From a virus (lineage: Duplodnaviria > Caudoviricetes), in IMG/VR virus record IMGVR_UViG_2868946205_000003: a stretch of DNA of 64,000 bases. One strand, given 5' to 3'. Under the pieces are notes generated by a model that had not been told where the DNA came from, did no database searches, and was given only the letters and a program-made list of their open reading frames with translations. Shown here in pieces: positions 29,335 through 38,859 of the stretch. The first letter of the stretch is position 1. Each line of letters opens with the position of its first letter. A program made the translations under genes and the position numbers.

Positions 29335-29733
29335 TCAATGTTTCATCACTACTGCCGCTAACTTTTCCGCTGTCTGTGGAGTTAAACCGCTATTTAACTG
29401 AGCAACGATGAGGCCGTTCTTCGATTGGTAAAGGTAAGGGCCTGCAAAGGCTTTGAGTGCATCAAAGTAGGCATAAATCGCATCACAGTATTCTTTCTTC
29501 TCACAGATAAAGACTTGTCCACCTTTGGGGGAAACTTCTGAAAGAACAAAAGTAACATGCTCTTTGTAGCTGTTAGGTACAGGCGTTTTTACACTGCGAT
29601 CTGGCGTTTGGATATCAGTGACCGTGACACCTGTTTTTTGGAACTGATCCATAATGCTCTGTGTCGTAATAGCTTTATCGCCGCAACCTGCCAAAAGAAA
29701 TACAACTGGTATTAATAGTTTATGCATAACCAA
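29335..29733 (-). CDS. Lipoprotein, unknown function
   Basis: Signal peptide with lipobox LLAGC. Confidence 0.8.
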   Translation of the reverse strand: MVMHKLLIPVVFLLAGCGDKAITTQSIMDQFQKTGVTVTDIQTPDRSVKTPVPNSYKEHVTFVLSEVSPKGGQVFICEKKEYCDAIYAYFDALKAFAGPYLYQSKNGLIVAQLNSGLTPQTAEKLAAVVMKH

Positions 29734-29738
29734 TATCC

Positions 29739-30323
29739 TTATCTAAATAAAAAAGATGTAAAAAATCCTAAAAAGAAAATACCGATAAATACTTTAGGGT
29801 GAGCTTTTATAAGTTCTTGCCAATCCACTGCTTTAGGCTGTGTGGGGTTTGGCTGGCGTTGCCGCAATTCATCTCGGTCAAAATGGTCAAAAGCCACTTG
29901 AAGTTGTTCACGGGATAAATCGTTGAGCGTTTTCGTACCAAATTTTTTCAGACAAAATCTATCGCGTTCTGTTGCGGTATCCACGGTTAATCGCAAGATT
30001 TCGCTGACTAATCGGCGGCACTCTTTTGCCAGCTTAGCCTCTGCCAGTCTATGTCGCAGATACGTCTCAGCTTTATGATATTTCTTGGTTGTAATGCCAT
30101 TGATACTGTGAACATCAATATGGGCATGAACGGCTCGCCACAGATCTTTCTTAGGCTCGCCGCTGGCAGTAACAAGGTCATCTAGCAATTGGTGCAGGCG
30201 ATGACGCTGAGCCGGAAGTAGCGACTCATCATCTGTCGGGTTTTCACCTGAAGGGGGATGTATATTGATAATGTCTCTGGATGAGAACTGTCCCTGTGCA
30301 GTTCCATTAAATTCCTGCCGCAT
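29739..30323 (-). CDS. Membrane-anchored protein with N-terminal QxFNGxxxGQFxxxxIIN motif
   Basis: AGGAG RBS; helical core reminiscent of ORF6C antirepressor domains; C-terminal TM. Confidence 0.75.
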   Translation of the reverse strand: MRQEFNGTAQGQFSSRDIINIHPPSGENPTDDESLLPAQRHRLHQLLDDLVTASGEPKKDLWRAVHAHIDVHSINGITTKKYHKAETYLRHRLAEAKLAKECRRLVSEILRLTVDTATERDRFCLKKFGTKTLNDLSREQLQVAFDHFDRDELRQRQPNPTQPKAVDWQELIKAHPKVFIGIFFLGFFTSFLFR

Positions 30324-30355
30324 CCTATCTCCTTTATTACTGTGTGTTACTCGTT

Positions 30356-30787
30356 CTATTTATTTTTTTTATTACTGACCGCGCCATTATTAATAATCTG
30401 ATTACCGGCAAATTGACCACTAATATCGCCATTGAATATCTGACTTGAACTTGTCGGTTGAGACGACGTACCTGCTGTTAATGCAGCCAAAACCGCAGCT
30501 TTCACTGCTAATGGTGCATTTCTGTAATGCTGTATCAGTTCTGACTCATCTTTAGTGATGCGATTCTCAACAGATGGCGGGTTACTGCCAGTAAGAATGA
30601 ATTGCACGTTTGCACCAGCCATTGCAAACAACATCAGAACCTCACCGCCAGGTACGGCTATACCACGCTCGTACTTGCTCCACATTTCACGAGAAACCCC
30701 GCATATATCTGCCACCTCGCCTTGTTTCAGCGATAAGCGGGAACGTTCAGATTTGATACGGGGTGCAAAAAGAGAATCAAAGTTCAC
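30356..30787 (-). CDS. Prophage repressor (XRE/Cro-C1 HTH)
   Basis: N-terminal HTH (QGEVADICGVSREMWSKYERG); divergent from ner-like gene. Confidence 0.88.
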   Translation of the reverse strand: MNFDSLFAPRIKSERSRLSLKQGEVADICGVSREMWSKYERGIAVPGGEVLMLFAMAGANVQFILTGSNPPSVENRITKDESELIQHYRNAPLAVKAAVLAALTAGTSSQPTSSSQIFNGDISGQFAGNQIINNGAVSNKKNK

Positions 30788-30826
30788 AAAAACCTCATTG
30801 ACAATGAGAACTAAAGTTCACATAAT
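30771..30826 (+). promoter_or_regulatory. Early promoter with two operators
   Basis: TTGACA(30798)-17-CATAAT; TGAGAACTAAAGTTCACA at 30805-30822 and AGAGAATCAAAGTTCACA at 30771-30788. Confidence 0.75.
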
Positions 30827-30872
30827 CTATCACGTATTCTACAAACATCATTGCATAACCGGAGGCCGTAGC

Positions 30873-31061
30873 ATGACACCCGAACAAGTTAAAAGCCGCT
30901 TTCAACAGCACGGTATCACCGTCACCCAATGGGCGCTGGAGAATGGTTACTCCCGTGAAGCGGTCTATCGCGTACTGAACGGCATTACCAAAGCGAAATA
31001 CGGACAGGCACATGAAATCGCCGTCAAACTTGGCCTTAAAACCACGGCCCGAGCCGCCTGA
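30873..31061 (+). CDS. Ner/Cro-like DNA-binding protein (BcepMu gp16-like)
   Basis: MTPEQVK..G.T..QWA..GY..VY.VLNG..G..HEIAVKLGLK; GGAGG RBS. Confidence 0.85.
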   Translation: MTPEQVKSRFQQHGITVTQWALENGYSREAVYRVLNGITKAKYGQAHEIAVKLGLKTTARAA

Positions 31062-31113
31062 TATCTATCAGCCTGCGTAACAGATTATCACATATCGCAA
31101 AAAGGGGAATGAC

Positions 31114-31419
31114 ATGACTAAGGCAAATGTTTCCAGCGCAGGCGCTCGGATCTTGCGCGTTCTCAAAGCACTGCGCGGCCATACCCTGAACGGGGTATCA
31201 AACGGCGAGCTGGCGGCGGCGCTGGCTGATTCCCCGGCCAACGTTAACCGCGCCTTGAACACCCTTATTGAGGAAGGACTGGCGCAAAAACTGGATAACG
31301 GCAGATTTGCCCTCTCAATGCAGGCGCTGCAAATCGCACAAGCTCATGCGAACGAAATCTCCCGTGCGCAAGACCGTATTAACGAAATGAATCAACGCCT
31401 GCTGGCTGGCAGTCGCTAA
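31114..31419 (+). CDS. IclR-type winged-HTH protein
   Basis: RILRVLKAL..ELAAAL..NVNRALNTL. Confidence 0.8.
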   Translation: MTKANVSSAGARILRVLKALRGHTLNGVSNGELAAALADSPANVNRALNTLIEEGLAQKLDNGRFALSMQALQIAQAHANEISRAQDRINEMNQRLLAGSR

Positions 31420-31428
31420 GGATAAGAA

Positions 31429-32337
31429 ATGGCACGCACCAAATCACAAACGGTTGAACTAGTAGAGGATGCCCCGTTAGCGGGTGATCTGAATGTGAAA
31501 CTCAATGCACTGACCGAGCACCGTATACAGGTAATGGCTCAGTTCGGTGACGGTCTGCCGTATGAGCGAGATCGTATCGTTCACGAAGCACGCTTTTATA
31601 TGGCCCAAAGTGCTGAAGCTATGCTGGAGGCTGGTAAGCGTTTGATTATGCTCAAAGAGAATGAGCCACATGGCGAGTTTGTTGAGATTGTCAGAGAACA
31701 TCTCGGCATTGAACCTCGTATTGCGCAAAAAATGGCTCAGGCTGCTCTTAAATTTTTATCACCAGAACTGGTGTCAAAAGCGAAAACGTTTTCGCTTTTA
31801 GGTCGTTCAAAATTATACGAGCTGATGCTGGAAGATGATGAAGAACTGGCTCAACTAGCCGATGGCGGTACTGTAGTAGGTCTGACGCTAGATGATGTTG
31901 ATCGCATGTCAGTACGTGAATTGCGGCAGTCTCTGCGCGAAGCCCGCGAAACCAATACCGCCCAGCAGCGTGTACTGACCGACAAAAACCAGAAGATAGA
32001 TGACCTGACCACCAAGCTGGATAAGAAATCCCGCATTCAGCCGCCGCCACCCGATCAGGAAGCCGAGAAACTGCGCAAAGAGGTTAGCGCTATTGCGTAT
32101 GAAGCAGAAGCGGCTATCACCGTCCGTCTTCACACCGCCTTTTCAACCTTGACTACCTTCACATCCGATAACGATGTAGAGCCACCGTATGACTTTATGG
32201 CGGGCTTGGTGTGCCAGATAGAACGGGCGTTACACCATATCCGAGAGGTTTACGACTTAGAGGCAGCGCCTACTGGTAGCGAACGTCCGACATGGCTGGA
32301 TGCGCCGGAACCCGTGATTCCGCGTACCGACGCATAA
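31429..32337 (+). CDS. DUF3102-family protein
   Basis: EAGKRLI.LKE.EPHGEF. Confidence 0.8.
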   Translation: MARTKSQTVELVEDAPLAGDLNVKLNALTEHRIQVMAQFGDGLPYERDRIVHEARFYMAQSAEAMLEAGKRLIMLKENEPHGEFVEIVREHLGIEPRIAQKMAQAALKFLSPELVSKAKTFSLLGRSKLYELMLEDDEELAQLADGGTVVGLTLDDVDRMSVRELRQSLREARETNTAQQRVLTDKNQKIDDLTTKLDKKSRIQPPPPDQEAEKLRKEVSAIAYEAEAAITVRLHTAFSTLTTFTSDNDVEPPYDFMAGLVCQIERALHHIREVYDLEAAPTGSERPTWLDAPEPVIPRTDA

Positions 32338-32346
32338 GGGGACGCC

Positions 32347-34116
32347 ATGAGTGCCGCCCTGACAGAACGATTAGTAGCTGTAGCCCGCGCCGCACGGCAG
32401 GCCGGGCATGGCGAACGCGGTGCCATCTATGACGCCGCCTGTATTGAACTGGGGCTATCTCGCGCCACGTTGCTACGCAAGTTAAAGGAGGTTGCCGTGA
32501 CTGACAAACGCAAAAAACGTGCCGATGCCGGACAAAGCGCCTTGACGAGGGATGAAGCCGCCATGATTTCCGCCACATTGATGGAAGCAACCCGTAAAAA
32601 CGGCAAGCGCTTGTACTCCATCGCTGACGCAGTCGAAACACTACGGGCAAACGACATGATCGCTGCCGGGCGTATTGATGAAACCACGGGTGAATTTTAT
32701 GCCCTGTCAGAGACCGCTATCAGCCGCGCTCTGCGTAATTATGGCCTGCATCCCGATCAGTTGAGTCAGCCAGCACCCGTGACCGAGCTGGCCAGTCTGC
32801 ACCCTAATCATGTGTGGGAAATCGACGCCTCACTTTGCACCCTTTATTACCTGAGCAACGGACATAAGGGCTTGCAGGTGATGGACAGCGCGAAGTTCTA
32901 CAAGAACAAACCGGCCAATGTGGCACGTATCGCCAGTGACCGCGTTTGGAGCTATGAAATCACTGACCACACCAGCGGCTGGATCTACGTCGAGTATGTG
33001 ATGGGCGCTGAATCTGGCGAAAACCTGTGCTCTGTTCTCATCAACGCCCTGCAAGAGCGCAGCGGCGCGGACGTGCTGCACGGCGTGCCTAAGTTGCTGT
33101 ATCTCGACCCCGGTTCTGCCAACACCGCAAGCATGACAAAAAACCTGTGTCGTGCACTGGGTATCGATTTAAAGGCACATAAAGCCCATGCGGCACGCTC
33201 AACAGGCAGCGTTGAGAAGGCCCGCGACATCATCGAACGCAAACTGGAGCCGGGTCTGAAGTTCCAACCGGTTCATAGCCTGGAAGAGCTGAATGCGCTG
33301 GCTGTGAAATGGCGTTCTCACTTCAATGCTACCGCTGTTCATAGCCGCCACGGACAGACCCGTACCGATATCTGGCTGAAAATCACCGCCGAACAGCTAG
33401 TGAAAGCGCCGCCTATTGAGGTTTGCCGCGAACTGGCCGTCGCTACACCGGAAGAGCGCAAGGTCAAACCGAAGCTGCGCGTGTCGTTCCGTGGCATTGA
33501 GTACGATGTGTCTACCGTACCCGGTGTGATGGTCGGTGAGAAGTTGCTGATCACCCGCAATCCTTGGCGTACAGATGCCGCGCAAGTGGTGCTGACAGGT
33601 GAAGATGGCCACGACACATTCTTCCTGATCGATGAAGTCACCAAAAATGAATTTGGCTTTGCCGACTCTGCCGCAGTGATAGGCGAAAACTACAAATCAC
33701 ACGCCGATACGCCAGCCCAAACCGCAGCGAAAGAAATTGAGCAGTTGGTGACGGGAACGGATAACGCGACGGATGCAGCAGCAGCACGTAAAGCGAAAGC
33801 GCTACCGTTCGGCGGCAAACTTGACCCATACAAACACATTGATGACACCACGTTACCTGCGTTTATGCCACGCCGTGGTACGGAATCTGATGTACGCAGC
33901 CCACGTATCGAACAGCGGCCTCTTACACATGTTGAAGCTGCCAAAGCGCTGCGTGAGCGGTTTGCAGCCCGCAACCAGACATGGACAGCCGGACACTTTC
34001 GCCAGTTGGTTCAGCTTTATCCTGCAGGAGTACAGGAAGAACAACTGGATGAGGCTATCGATGCACTAATGACGCCTGTTTCCGGCAATGTCATCAACAT
34101 CGTCAACGGGAATTAA
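32347..34116 (+). CDS. DDE (rve-type) transposase A
   Basis: HPNHVWEIDAS, LYLDPGSAN, GSVE catalytic-type motifs. Confidence 0.92.
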   Translation: MSAALTERLVAVARAARQAGHGERGAIYDAACIELGLSRATLLRKLKEVAVTDKRKKRADAGQSALTRDEAAMISATLMEATRKNGKRLYSIADAVETLRANDMIAAGRIDETTGEFYALSETAISRALRNYGLHPDQLSQPAPVTELASLHPNHVWEIDASLCTLYYLSNGHKGLQVMDSAKFYKNKPANVARIASDRVWSYEITDHTSGWIYVEYVMGAESGENLCSVLINALQERSGADVLHGVPKLLYLDPGSANTASMTKNLCRALGIDLKAHKAHAARSTGSVEKARDIIERKLEPGLKFQPVHSLEELNALAVKWRSHFNATAVHSRHGQTRTDIWLKITAEQLVKAPPIEVCRELAVATPEERKVKPKLRVSFRGIEYDVSTVPGVMVGEKLLITRNPWRTDAAQVVLTGEDGHDTFFLIDEVTKNEFGFADSAAVIGENYKSHADTPAQTAAKEIEQLVTGTDNATDAAAARKAKALPFGGKLDPYKHIDDTTLPAFMPRRGTESDVRSPRIEQRPLTHVEAAKALRERFAARNQTWTAGHFRQLVQLYPAGVQEEQLDEAIDALMTPVSGNVINIVNGN

Positions 34117-34125
34117 GGGGGGAGC

Positions 34126-35277
34126 ATGCTGGTACTGAAACAACAGTTAAAACAGGCACGGCTCTCGCAGGCCGTTGTAGCCAGACATATCGCTGTGTCA
34201 GAGGCCACGCTGGCACAGATTGTTAATCATGACCAGTGGCCACGCACCAACACCGGGGAAATTCGCCAGCGCCTGACAGCCTTTCTGTCGGCTAATGGCA
34301 TTGAAACACAATGTAGTTTTGATGCTGTGCAGGACCGCACATCCCGCACAGCAGATACAACAGACCTCACAACGGAGGAAAACATGTTACTCAAAAAACA
34401 GGTGTTATTTCCAGCAACAAAAAAGGCATTCGGACTGTTCCGTGACCCATTTTCCGATGATGCCATGCAGGGCGCGGAAGACGTTTTTACTACGCCGGAT
34501 AGCCGCTATGTGCGTGAGTCACTGTATCAGACCGCAAAACATGGTGGCCTGATGGCGGTTATCGGCGAGTCTGGCGCGGGTAAATCGACGCTGCGCCGTG
34601 ACCTTATCGAACGCATCAATCGCGAGAACGTGCCAGTGATAGTGATTGAGCCTTATGTGATTGCGATGGAGGACAATGATGTTAAAGGTAAGACGCTGAA
34701 AGCCGCCGCCATTGCCGAAGCGATCATCAACACCATCGCCCCGCTGGAAGGTGTGAAACGGTCGCAAGAAGCACGCTATCGCCAACTACATCGCGTACTA
34801 AAAGACAGCAGTAATGCGGGCTACAGCCACGTTCTGGTGATTGAAGAGGCGCATAGCCTGCCAATCCCCACGCTGAAGCATTTGAAGCGATTTTACGAGC
34901 TGGAAAGCGGGTTTAAAAAGTTGCTGTCTATTGTCCTGATCGGCCAGCCAGAGTTAGCCGTCAAGTTAAGCGAACGCAATATGGAGGTACGCGAGGTTGT
35001 CCAGCGCTGTGAAATCGTCGAGTTGTTGCCGCTGGATAACAGCCTGGAAGCGTTTCTGACGTTCAAAATCGAACGCACAGGCAAGAAGCTCGCTGACATT
35101 ATGGACAGCAGCGCGATTGACGCTATCCGGGGTCGTCTTAGTAGCAATCTCGGCGGCAGAAAGAACGTCAGTCTGCTGTACCCGCTGGCCGTTTCCAATC
35201 TGGTGATTGCGGCCATGAATCTGGCCGCTGAGATTGGCGTGCCGGTGGTTAATGCTGATGTGGTTAAGGGGGTTTGA
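34126..35277 (+). CDS. Transposition ATPase B (ExeA-like AAA, N-terminal HTH)
   Basis: GESGAGKS, LVIEEAH, LIGQPEL. Confidence 0.92.
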   Translation: MLVLKQQLKQARLSQAVVARHIAVSEATLAQIVNHDQWPRTNTGEIRQRLTAFLSANGIETQCSFDAVQDRTSRTADTTDLTTEENMLLKKQVLFPATKKAFGLFRDPFSDDAMQGAEDVFTTPDSRYVRESLYQTAKHGGLMAVIGESGAGKSTLRRDLIERINRENVPVIVIEPYVIAMEDNDVKGKTLKAAAIAEAIINTIAPLEGVKRSQEARYRQLHRVLKDSSNAGYSHVLVIEEAHSLPIPTLKHLKRFYELESGFKKLLSIVLIGQPELAVKLSERNMEVREVVQRCEIVELLPLDNSLEAFLTFKIERTGKKLADIMDSSAIDAIRGRLSSNLGGRKNVSLLYPLAVSNLVIAAMNLAAEIGVPVVNADVVKGV

Positions 35278-35537
35278 CGGTGGCCAAAATCATTATTTCT
35301 GTACAACAACTGCCTGCTGCACTGGTAAAGAAAGATCAGGAACTCAGCCAGTCTATTAACGTTTCAATTGAAAATGAAACAGGTGACATCGTTGTGACAC
35401 AGCTGCTGGCAACGATGATTAAAGATGAGATGGCTAACGCTATTAAGGCGGCTAATACAAAACTGATGAAACATCTTAATGCGGCAGGAATGACCTTCAC
35501 CAGCCAAATGATGCGTAATCACAGGGATCTGCACTGA
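35274..35537 (+). CDS. Hypothetical early protein
   Basis: Overlaps the ATPase stop codon. Confidence 0.55.
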   Translation: MTVAKIIISVQQLPAALVKKDQELSQSINVSIENETGDIVVTQLLATMIKDEMANAIKAANTKLMKHLNAAGMTFTSQMMRNHRDLH

Positions 35538-35565
35538 GCACCTTATATTCTGGGGGGACTGATAT

Positions 35566-35835
35566 ATGACGTCAGTTTTGAATATTGATGAGCAATTATC
35601 TAATGTGCAAGCCGTCATGACGGCGTTACGTGCCATGAATGCGACGGTCCACAGCGTGATGATTAAGGGAAGCCAACCGATTATCCGCATTGCCAGAAAT
35701 GGCCACTGTGAAAAGTTGATTAAAAACGGCGTGGCGCGTTATGTGCTGACCGGCGTGAATAACAATGGTCGGTTTCGACAAGGGGAATTTGAACAGCATG
35801 GGTGCCGTATTATTTGGTCCGAGTCATTACATTGA
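35566..35835 (+). CDS. Hypothetical early protein
   Basis: 89-aa ORF with RBS in the early operon. Confidence 0.65.
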   Translation: MTSVLNIDEQLSNVQAVMTALRAMNATVHSVMIKGSQPIIRIARNGHCEKLIKNGVARYVLTGVNNNGRFRQGEFEQHGCRIIWSESLH

Positions 35836-35847
35836 GGGGAAATAAAC

Positions 35848-36456
35848 GTGGAAATTAATAAAGATGATTACATGACTGACCGTAAAGGTCGGTTAGTCCC
35901 AATTAGCCAGATCTCTGATTACGATCTGGCAATGGACGCATTTGTAAATGAACGAGTTGATGCAGCAGAAATTAAAAGCGCCGATTTGTCTGATTTTAAA
36001 ACGCGCTCTTTTGATGAGTGCTATGCGTTCATGGATTTAGTTGCAGAAAAATATGGTAGGACCCGCGGCGGTGTGAAAGGGAATGTAACGTTTTCCAACT
36101 TTAACGGCAGTAAGCAGGTCACCATCAAAGTGCAGGAATCACTGACGTTCGGGCCAGAGTTGCACATTGCAAAAGAAATGATTGATGAGTGTGTTAAGGA
36201 ATGGTCACAAGGAGCCGACGAAAAGCTGCTGGCGCTGATTTCTGACGCCTTTCAGGTTGATAAAGAAGGCAATCTCAGTACCACCCGCATTTTGTCTTTG
36301 CGCAGGGTAAAAATTGATGACGAGCGCTGGAAAAAGGCGATGGAAGCTATTTCAGAATCGTTACTGGTCGCTGTATCGAAAACGTATATCAATTTTAGAA
36401 AGAAAGACGAATCGGGGAAATTAGTCAATATTCCGTTAGATATCGCCGCCATTTAA
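35848..36456 (+). CDS. DUF3164 family protein
   Basis: GG.KGNVTF..F.G, FGPELHIAK.MIDEC. Confidence 0.85.
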   Translation: MEINKDDYMTDRKGRLVPISQISDYDLAMDAFVNERVDAAEIKSADLSDFKTRSFDECYAFMDLVAEKYGRTRGGVKGNVTFSNFNGSKQVTIKVQESLTFGPELHIAKEMIDECVKEWSQGADEKLLALISDAFQVDKEGNLSTTRILSLRRVKIDDERWKKAMEAISESLLVAVSKTYINFRKKDESGKLVNIPLDIAAI

Positions 36457-36546
36457 TTATTAAAAAATGAAATTTGCTTTTATTTCGGCGTCAACGCCGG
36501 GGAATCCTGCACGCGTAATTCAGCATAACCACTATTTGGAGAGCAC

Positions 36547-36852
36547 ATGATTAAAGGTATTGCACACAATCGCTCAACGCTGTACCGCATGGCGTTAAAG
36601 CACTTTGGCCCTGAATCTCAGGCACTAAAGCTAATCGAAGAAGCAGCGGAGTTGGGAGCGGCTGCATCACGCAACCTGAATGGGAATGGCCTCGGTAACG
36701 AGGTCGATTTAGCGGAGAAAATGGCAGGCATTGAGATAATGGTCGAACAATTCCGCCTGAATGGCATGGATAAATTAATCGAACTGGCAAAACATAATAA
36801 ATTAAAACGACTGGCTGAGAGGCTGGAGGTGGAATATGTCGGCGACAAATAA
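36547..36852 (+). CDS. MazG-like helical protein (possibly degenerate)
   Basis: Q.LKLIEEAAEL motif; expected second acidic motif altered (AEKMAG). Confidence 0.5.
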   Translation: MIKGIAHNRSTLYRMALKHFGPESQALKLIEEAAELGAAASRNLNGNGLGNEVDLAEKMAGIEIMVEQFRLNGMDKLIELAKHNKLKRLAERLEVEYVGDK

Positions 36853-37261
36853 AGCCCAGGTTATGGCAACTTTGACGAATGAAAGGCTGGAAGAGATAGC
36901 AAGCGGAAAAGGATGTATTCCGTTGACAGTTGAAGCGCAGCAAATGGCCCACGAGAATCTATTTCTTCGTACACAACTGGCTGAACTGGGGAAGCAAAAG
37001 CCGGTCGCGTGGACTAATGCCGACAACTTATTCGATGTCAGTATTGGACATGCTGCGCATATAGCCCCACGTGATGAAAATACCTATCGTATGCCGCTCT
37101 ACGCCAGCCCCGTTGTACAAGCTCTACAACCTTACACGACGCCAGATGAGGTAAACGAAACCGACGATATGTTTCGCAAGCTCAATGCGAGAGAGAGCGT
37201 TATAGCTGCGAGATGGTGGAACGCCTGCCGCTCTGCCTTTATTGCAGGAGGTGATGCGTGA
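36836..37261 (+). CDS. Hypothetical protein (Ea/Eaa-like)
   Basis: LTNERLEEIA, KPVAW, WNACRSA motifs seen in lambdoid accessory proteins. Confidence 0.6.
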   Translation: MSATNKAQVMATLTNERLEEIASGKGCIPLTVEAQQMAHENLFLRTQLAELGKQKPVAWTNADNLFDVSIGHAAHIAPRDENTYRMPLYASPVVQALQPYTTPDEVNETDDMFRKLNARESVIAARWWNACRSAFIAGGDA

Positions 37262-37458
37262 TTATCGGTTTTGTATTACTGGTATCAGCCTGCGGCGCTG
37301 ATTTCTGCGATGCCATGCCTGTGTCAGACGACATCTACCTGAACCAAGAGTCGTGTCAGTTAGTGTTGGATGCTATCCATGAACGCCGCCCTGAAGCCAT
37401 CTTGCTGTGCGGCGAAGTCTGGCGGGAGGAAAGCGATGACAAAGAATCAACTGATTAA
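37258..37458 (+). CDS. Small Cys-containing protein (DUF1482-like)
   Basis: FVLLVSAC...C..Y...ESC. Confidence 0.55.
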   Translation: MIIGFVLLVSACGADFCDAMPVSDDIYLNQESCQLVLDAIHERRPEAILLCGEVWREESDDKESTD

Positions 37459-37858
37459 GTTGATCCACATAGCCAAACGAGACCTGCAACTGGACGATGA
37501 TACCTATCGCCAGTTGCTAATCACCGTTACAGGCAAGTCATCTACGCGGGACATGACAGTCCCGCAGTTAGATAATGTGCTGAATGCCATGAAGAAACGC
37601 GGGTTTAAGATTAAATCGGCAAAAAAGGCTAGCAGCACTCGTCCATTGGATGATTCTCCCCAGTCCAGAAAAATCCGCTCATTATGGTTAGAAATGGCTG
37701 ATGCAGGCATCGTTCGTGACCGTTCTGAAGCAGCGCTAGCGCGTTGGGTGAAGCGTGAAACCGGCGTTGATAGCCTGCAATGGCTGAATTCAGAACAGGC
37801 CAGCGTCATTATTGAGAAGCTGAAGCAGTGGCAACGCCGCGTAAGGAATCCAGAATGA
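37436..37858 (+). CDS. gemA: GemA/gp16 (DUF1018) regulatory protein
   Basis: LIHIAK..L.LDDDTYR..L...TGK.S; KIRSLW. Confidence 0.88.
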   Translation: MTKNQLIKLIHIAKRDLQLDDDTYRQLLITVTGKSSTRDMTVPQLDNVLNAMKKRGFKIKSAKKASSTRPLDDSPQSRKIRSLWLEMADAGIVRDRSEAALARWVKRETGVDSLQWLNSEQASVIIEKLKQWQRRVRNPE

Positions 37859-38247
37859 ACAACGGCAATAATTTCCGCAGCAAAGGGCCTGAGCTATTGG
37901 TGGAACTGGCGCAGCATACTACAAGCACAATAAAGGAGGTTGTCGAGATCGATACTGCTATCGCCGAGCAAATCGGCGAGGCAGTGGCCAACCGTATGAT
38001 GCAGGTCTGGGGCGGTCAAAGCGTCTACTTTCCGATGGGAACGCTATGGCGTATCTCTCAGCGCGATCACGACATCTTCAACGACTTCAATGGCCGCAAT
38101 CATCATGACCTGGCACGTAAATACGGCGTTTCTCTTCAGTGGGTTTACAGCGTGATTAAACGCGTCAGAAAGTCTGAGACAGACAGGCTGCAGGGACGCC
38201 TGTTTGATGATGGTGAATTTGATGACGAACCACAGCAAGAGGAGTAA
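37855..38247 (+). CDS. mor: Mor/C-family transcription activator
   Basis: WGGQ.VYFP, RD..IF..FNG.N..DLARKYG.S. Confidence 0.92.
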   Translation: MNNGNNFRSKGPELLVELAQHTTSTIKEVVEIDTAIAEQIGEAVANRMMQVWGGQSVYFPMGTLWRISQRDHDIFNDFNGRNHHDLARKYGVSLQWVYSVIKRVRKSETDRLQGRLFDDGEFDDEPQQEE

Positions 38248-38365
38248 AATTCTGCAGGCCGCATAGAAGAATTACTAAATTTTTCGTCCGGCCTGTTTTT
38301 TCACATACTGTAAGAGAATTACAATTACCATCCTGTCTCTTCCCTGTTCACCCCACGTAGTCCCA

Positions 38366-38409
38366 CAATTATCTCGCAGACTCTGTATTATTTATCTCAC
38401 TTCTAATCA
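38366..38409 (-). repeat. Right end: two putative transposase-binding boxes
   Basis: Read inward: GTGAGATAAATA (offset 10) and GCGAGATAATTG (offset 33), same offsets as left end. Confidence 0.85.
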
Positions 38410-38421
38410 AAGGATTCAAAG

Positions 38422-38859
38422 ATGGCAGAGATTTCTGTTGTGTACATTGGTGATAAAGATAAAAAGCGCGATACCGTAACAGGTAGCCGCTTGATCTTTC
38501 CTCGGCTTAAACCTGTCAGTGTTGAAAGTGGGGTTGCGCATCAACTGCTGGAGTTTCCTACCGTGTGGGTACGTGAAGATCTAGTGAAATCGGTCTTGGC
38601 ACAATCGGAGGAGGACGAGGCATTAAAAGTTCAACTGGCGGCGGAAGCGTTGGCACGCCAGCAGGCTGAAGCGGCGGCAAATAGCTGGGTAGTCAAAATC
38701 GGTAACGATGATGTTGATTTGGCAAAATTGACTTCCGTCCAACTGGCGACGCTGGTTGAAGCGGAGGACCTGGCAGATCTGAAACAAGGTGCTCAGGAAA
38801 AAGTTGATGATTTCCGTGCACGCGTGCGTGAAGCTATCAAAGTAAAGGGCGCTGAATAA
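38422..38859 (+). CDS. Outer-phage head-module protein
   Basis: Late operon resumes here; its RBS is the duplicated AAGGAT. Confidence 0.7.
   Translation: MAEISVVYIGDKDKKRDTVTGSRLIFPRLKPVSVESGVAHQLLEFPTVWVREDLVKSVLAQSEEDEALKVQLAAEALARQQAEAAANSWVVKIGNDDVDLAKLTSVQLATLVEAEDLADLKQGAQEKVDDFRARVREAIKVKGAE

Larger units (their letters stand above)
2479..38409. mobile_element. B3/BcepMu-type transposable prophage (35,931 bp), apparently complete
   Basis: Ends TGAT...ATCA; AAGGAT duplicated at 2473-2478 and 38410-38415; DDE transposase + ExeA-type ATPase, Mu-like head, P2-like contractile tail; early and late arms diverge from a central repressor region. Confidence 0.93.

Noticed and set aside
2474-38415. 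Mu-type 5-bp target duplication (AGGAT)
   Set aside because: Would leave the right end as ..CAA; the 6-bp AAGGAT gives TG..CA ends and symmetric box offsets
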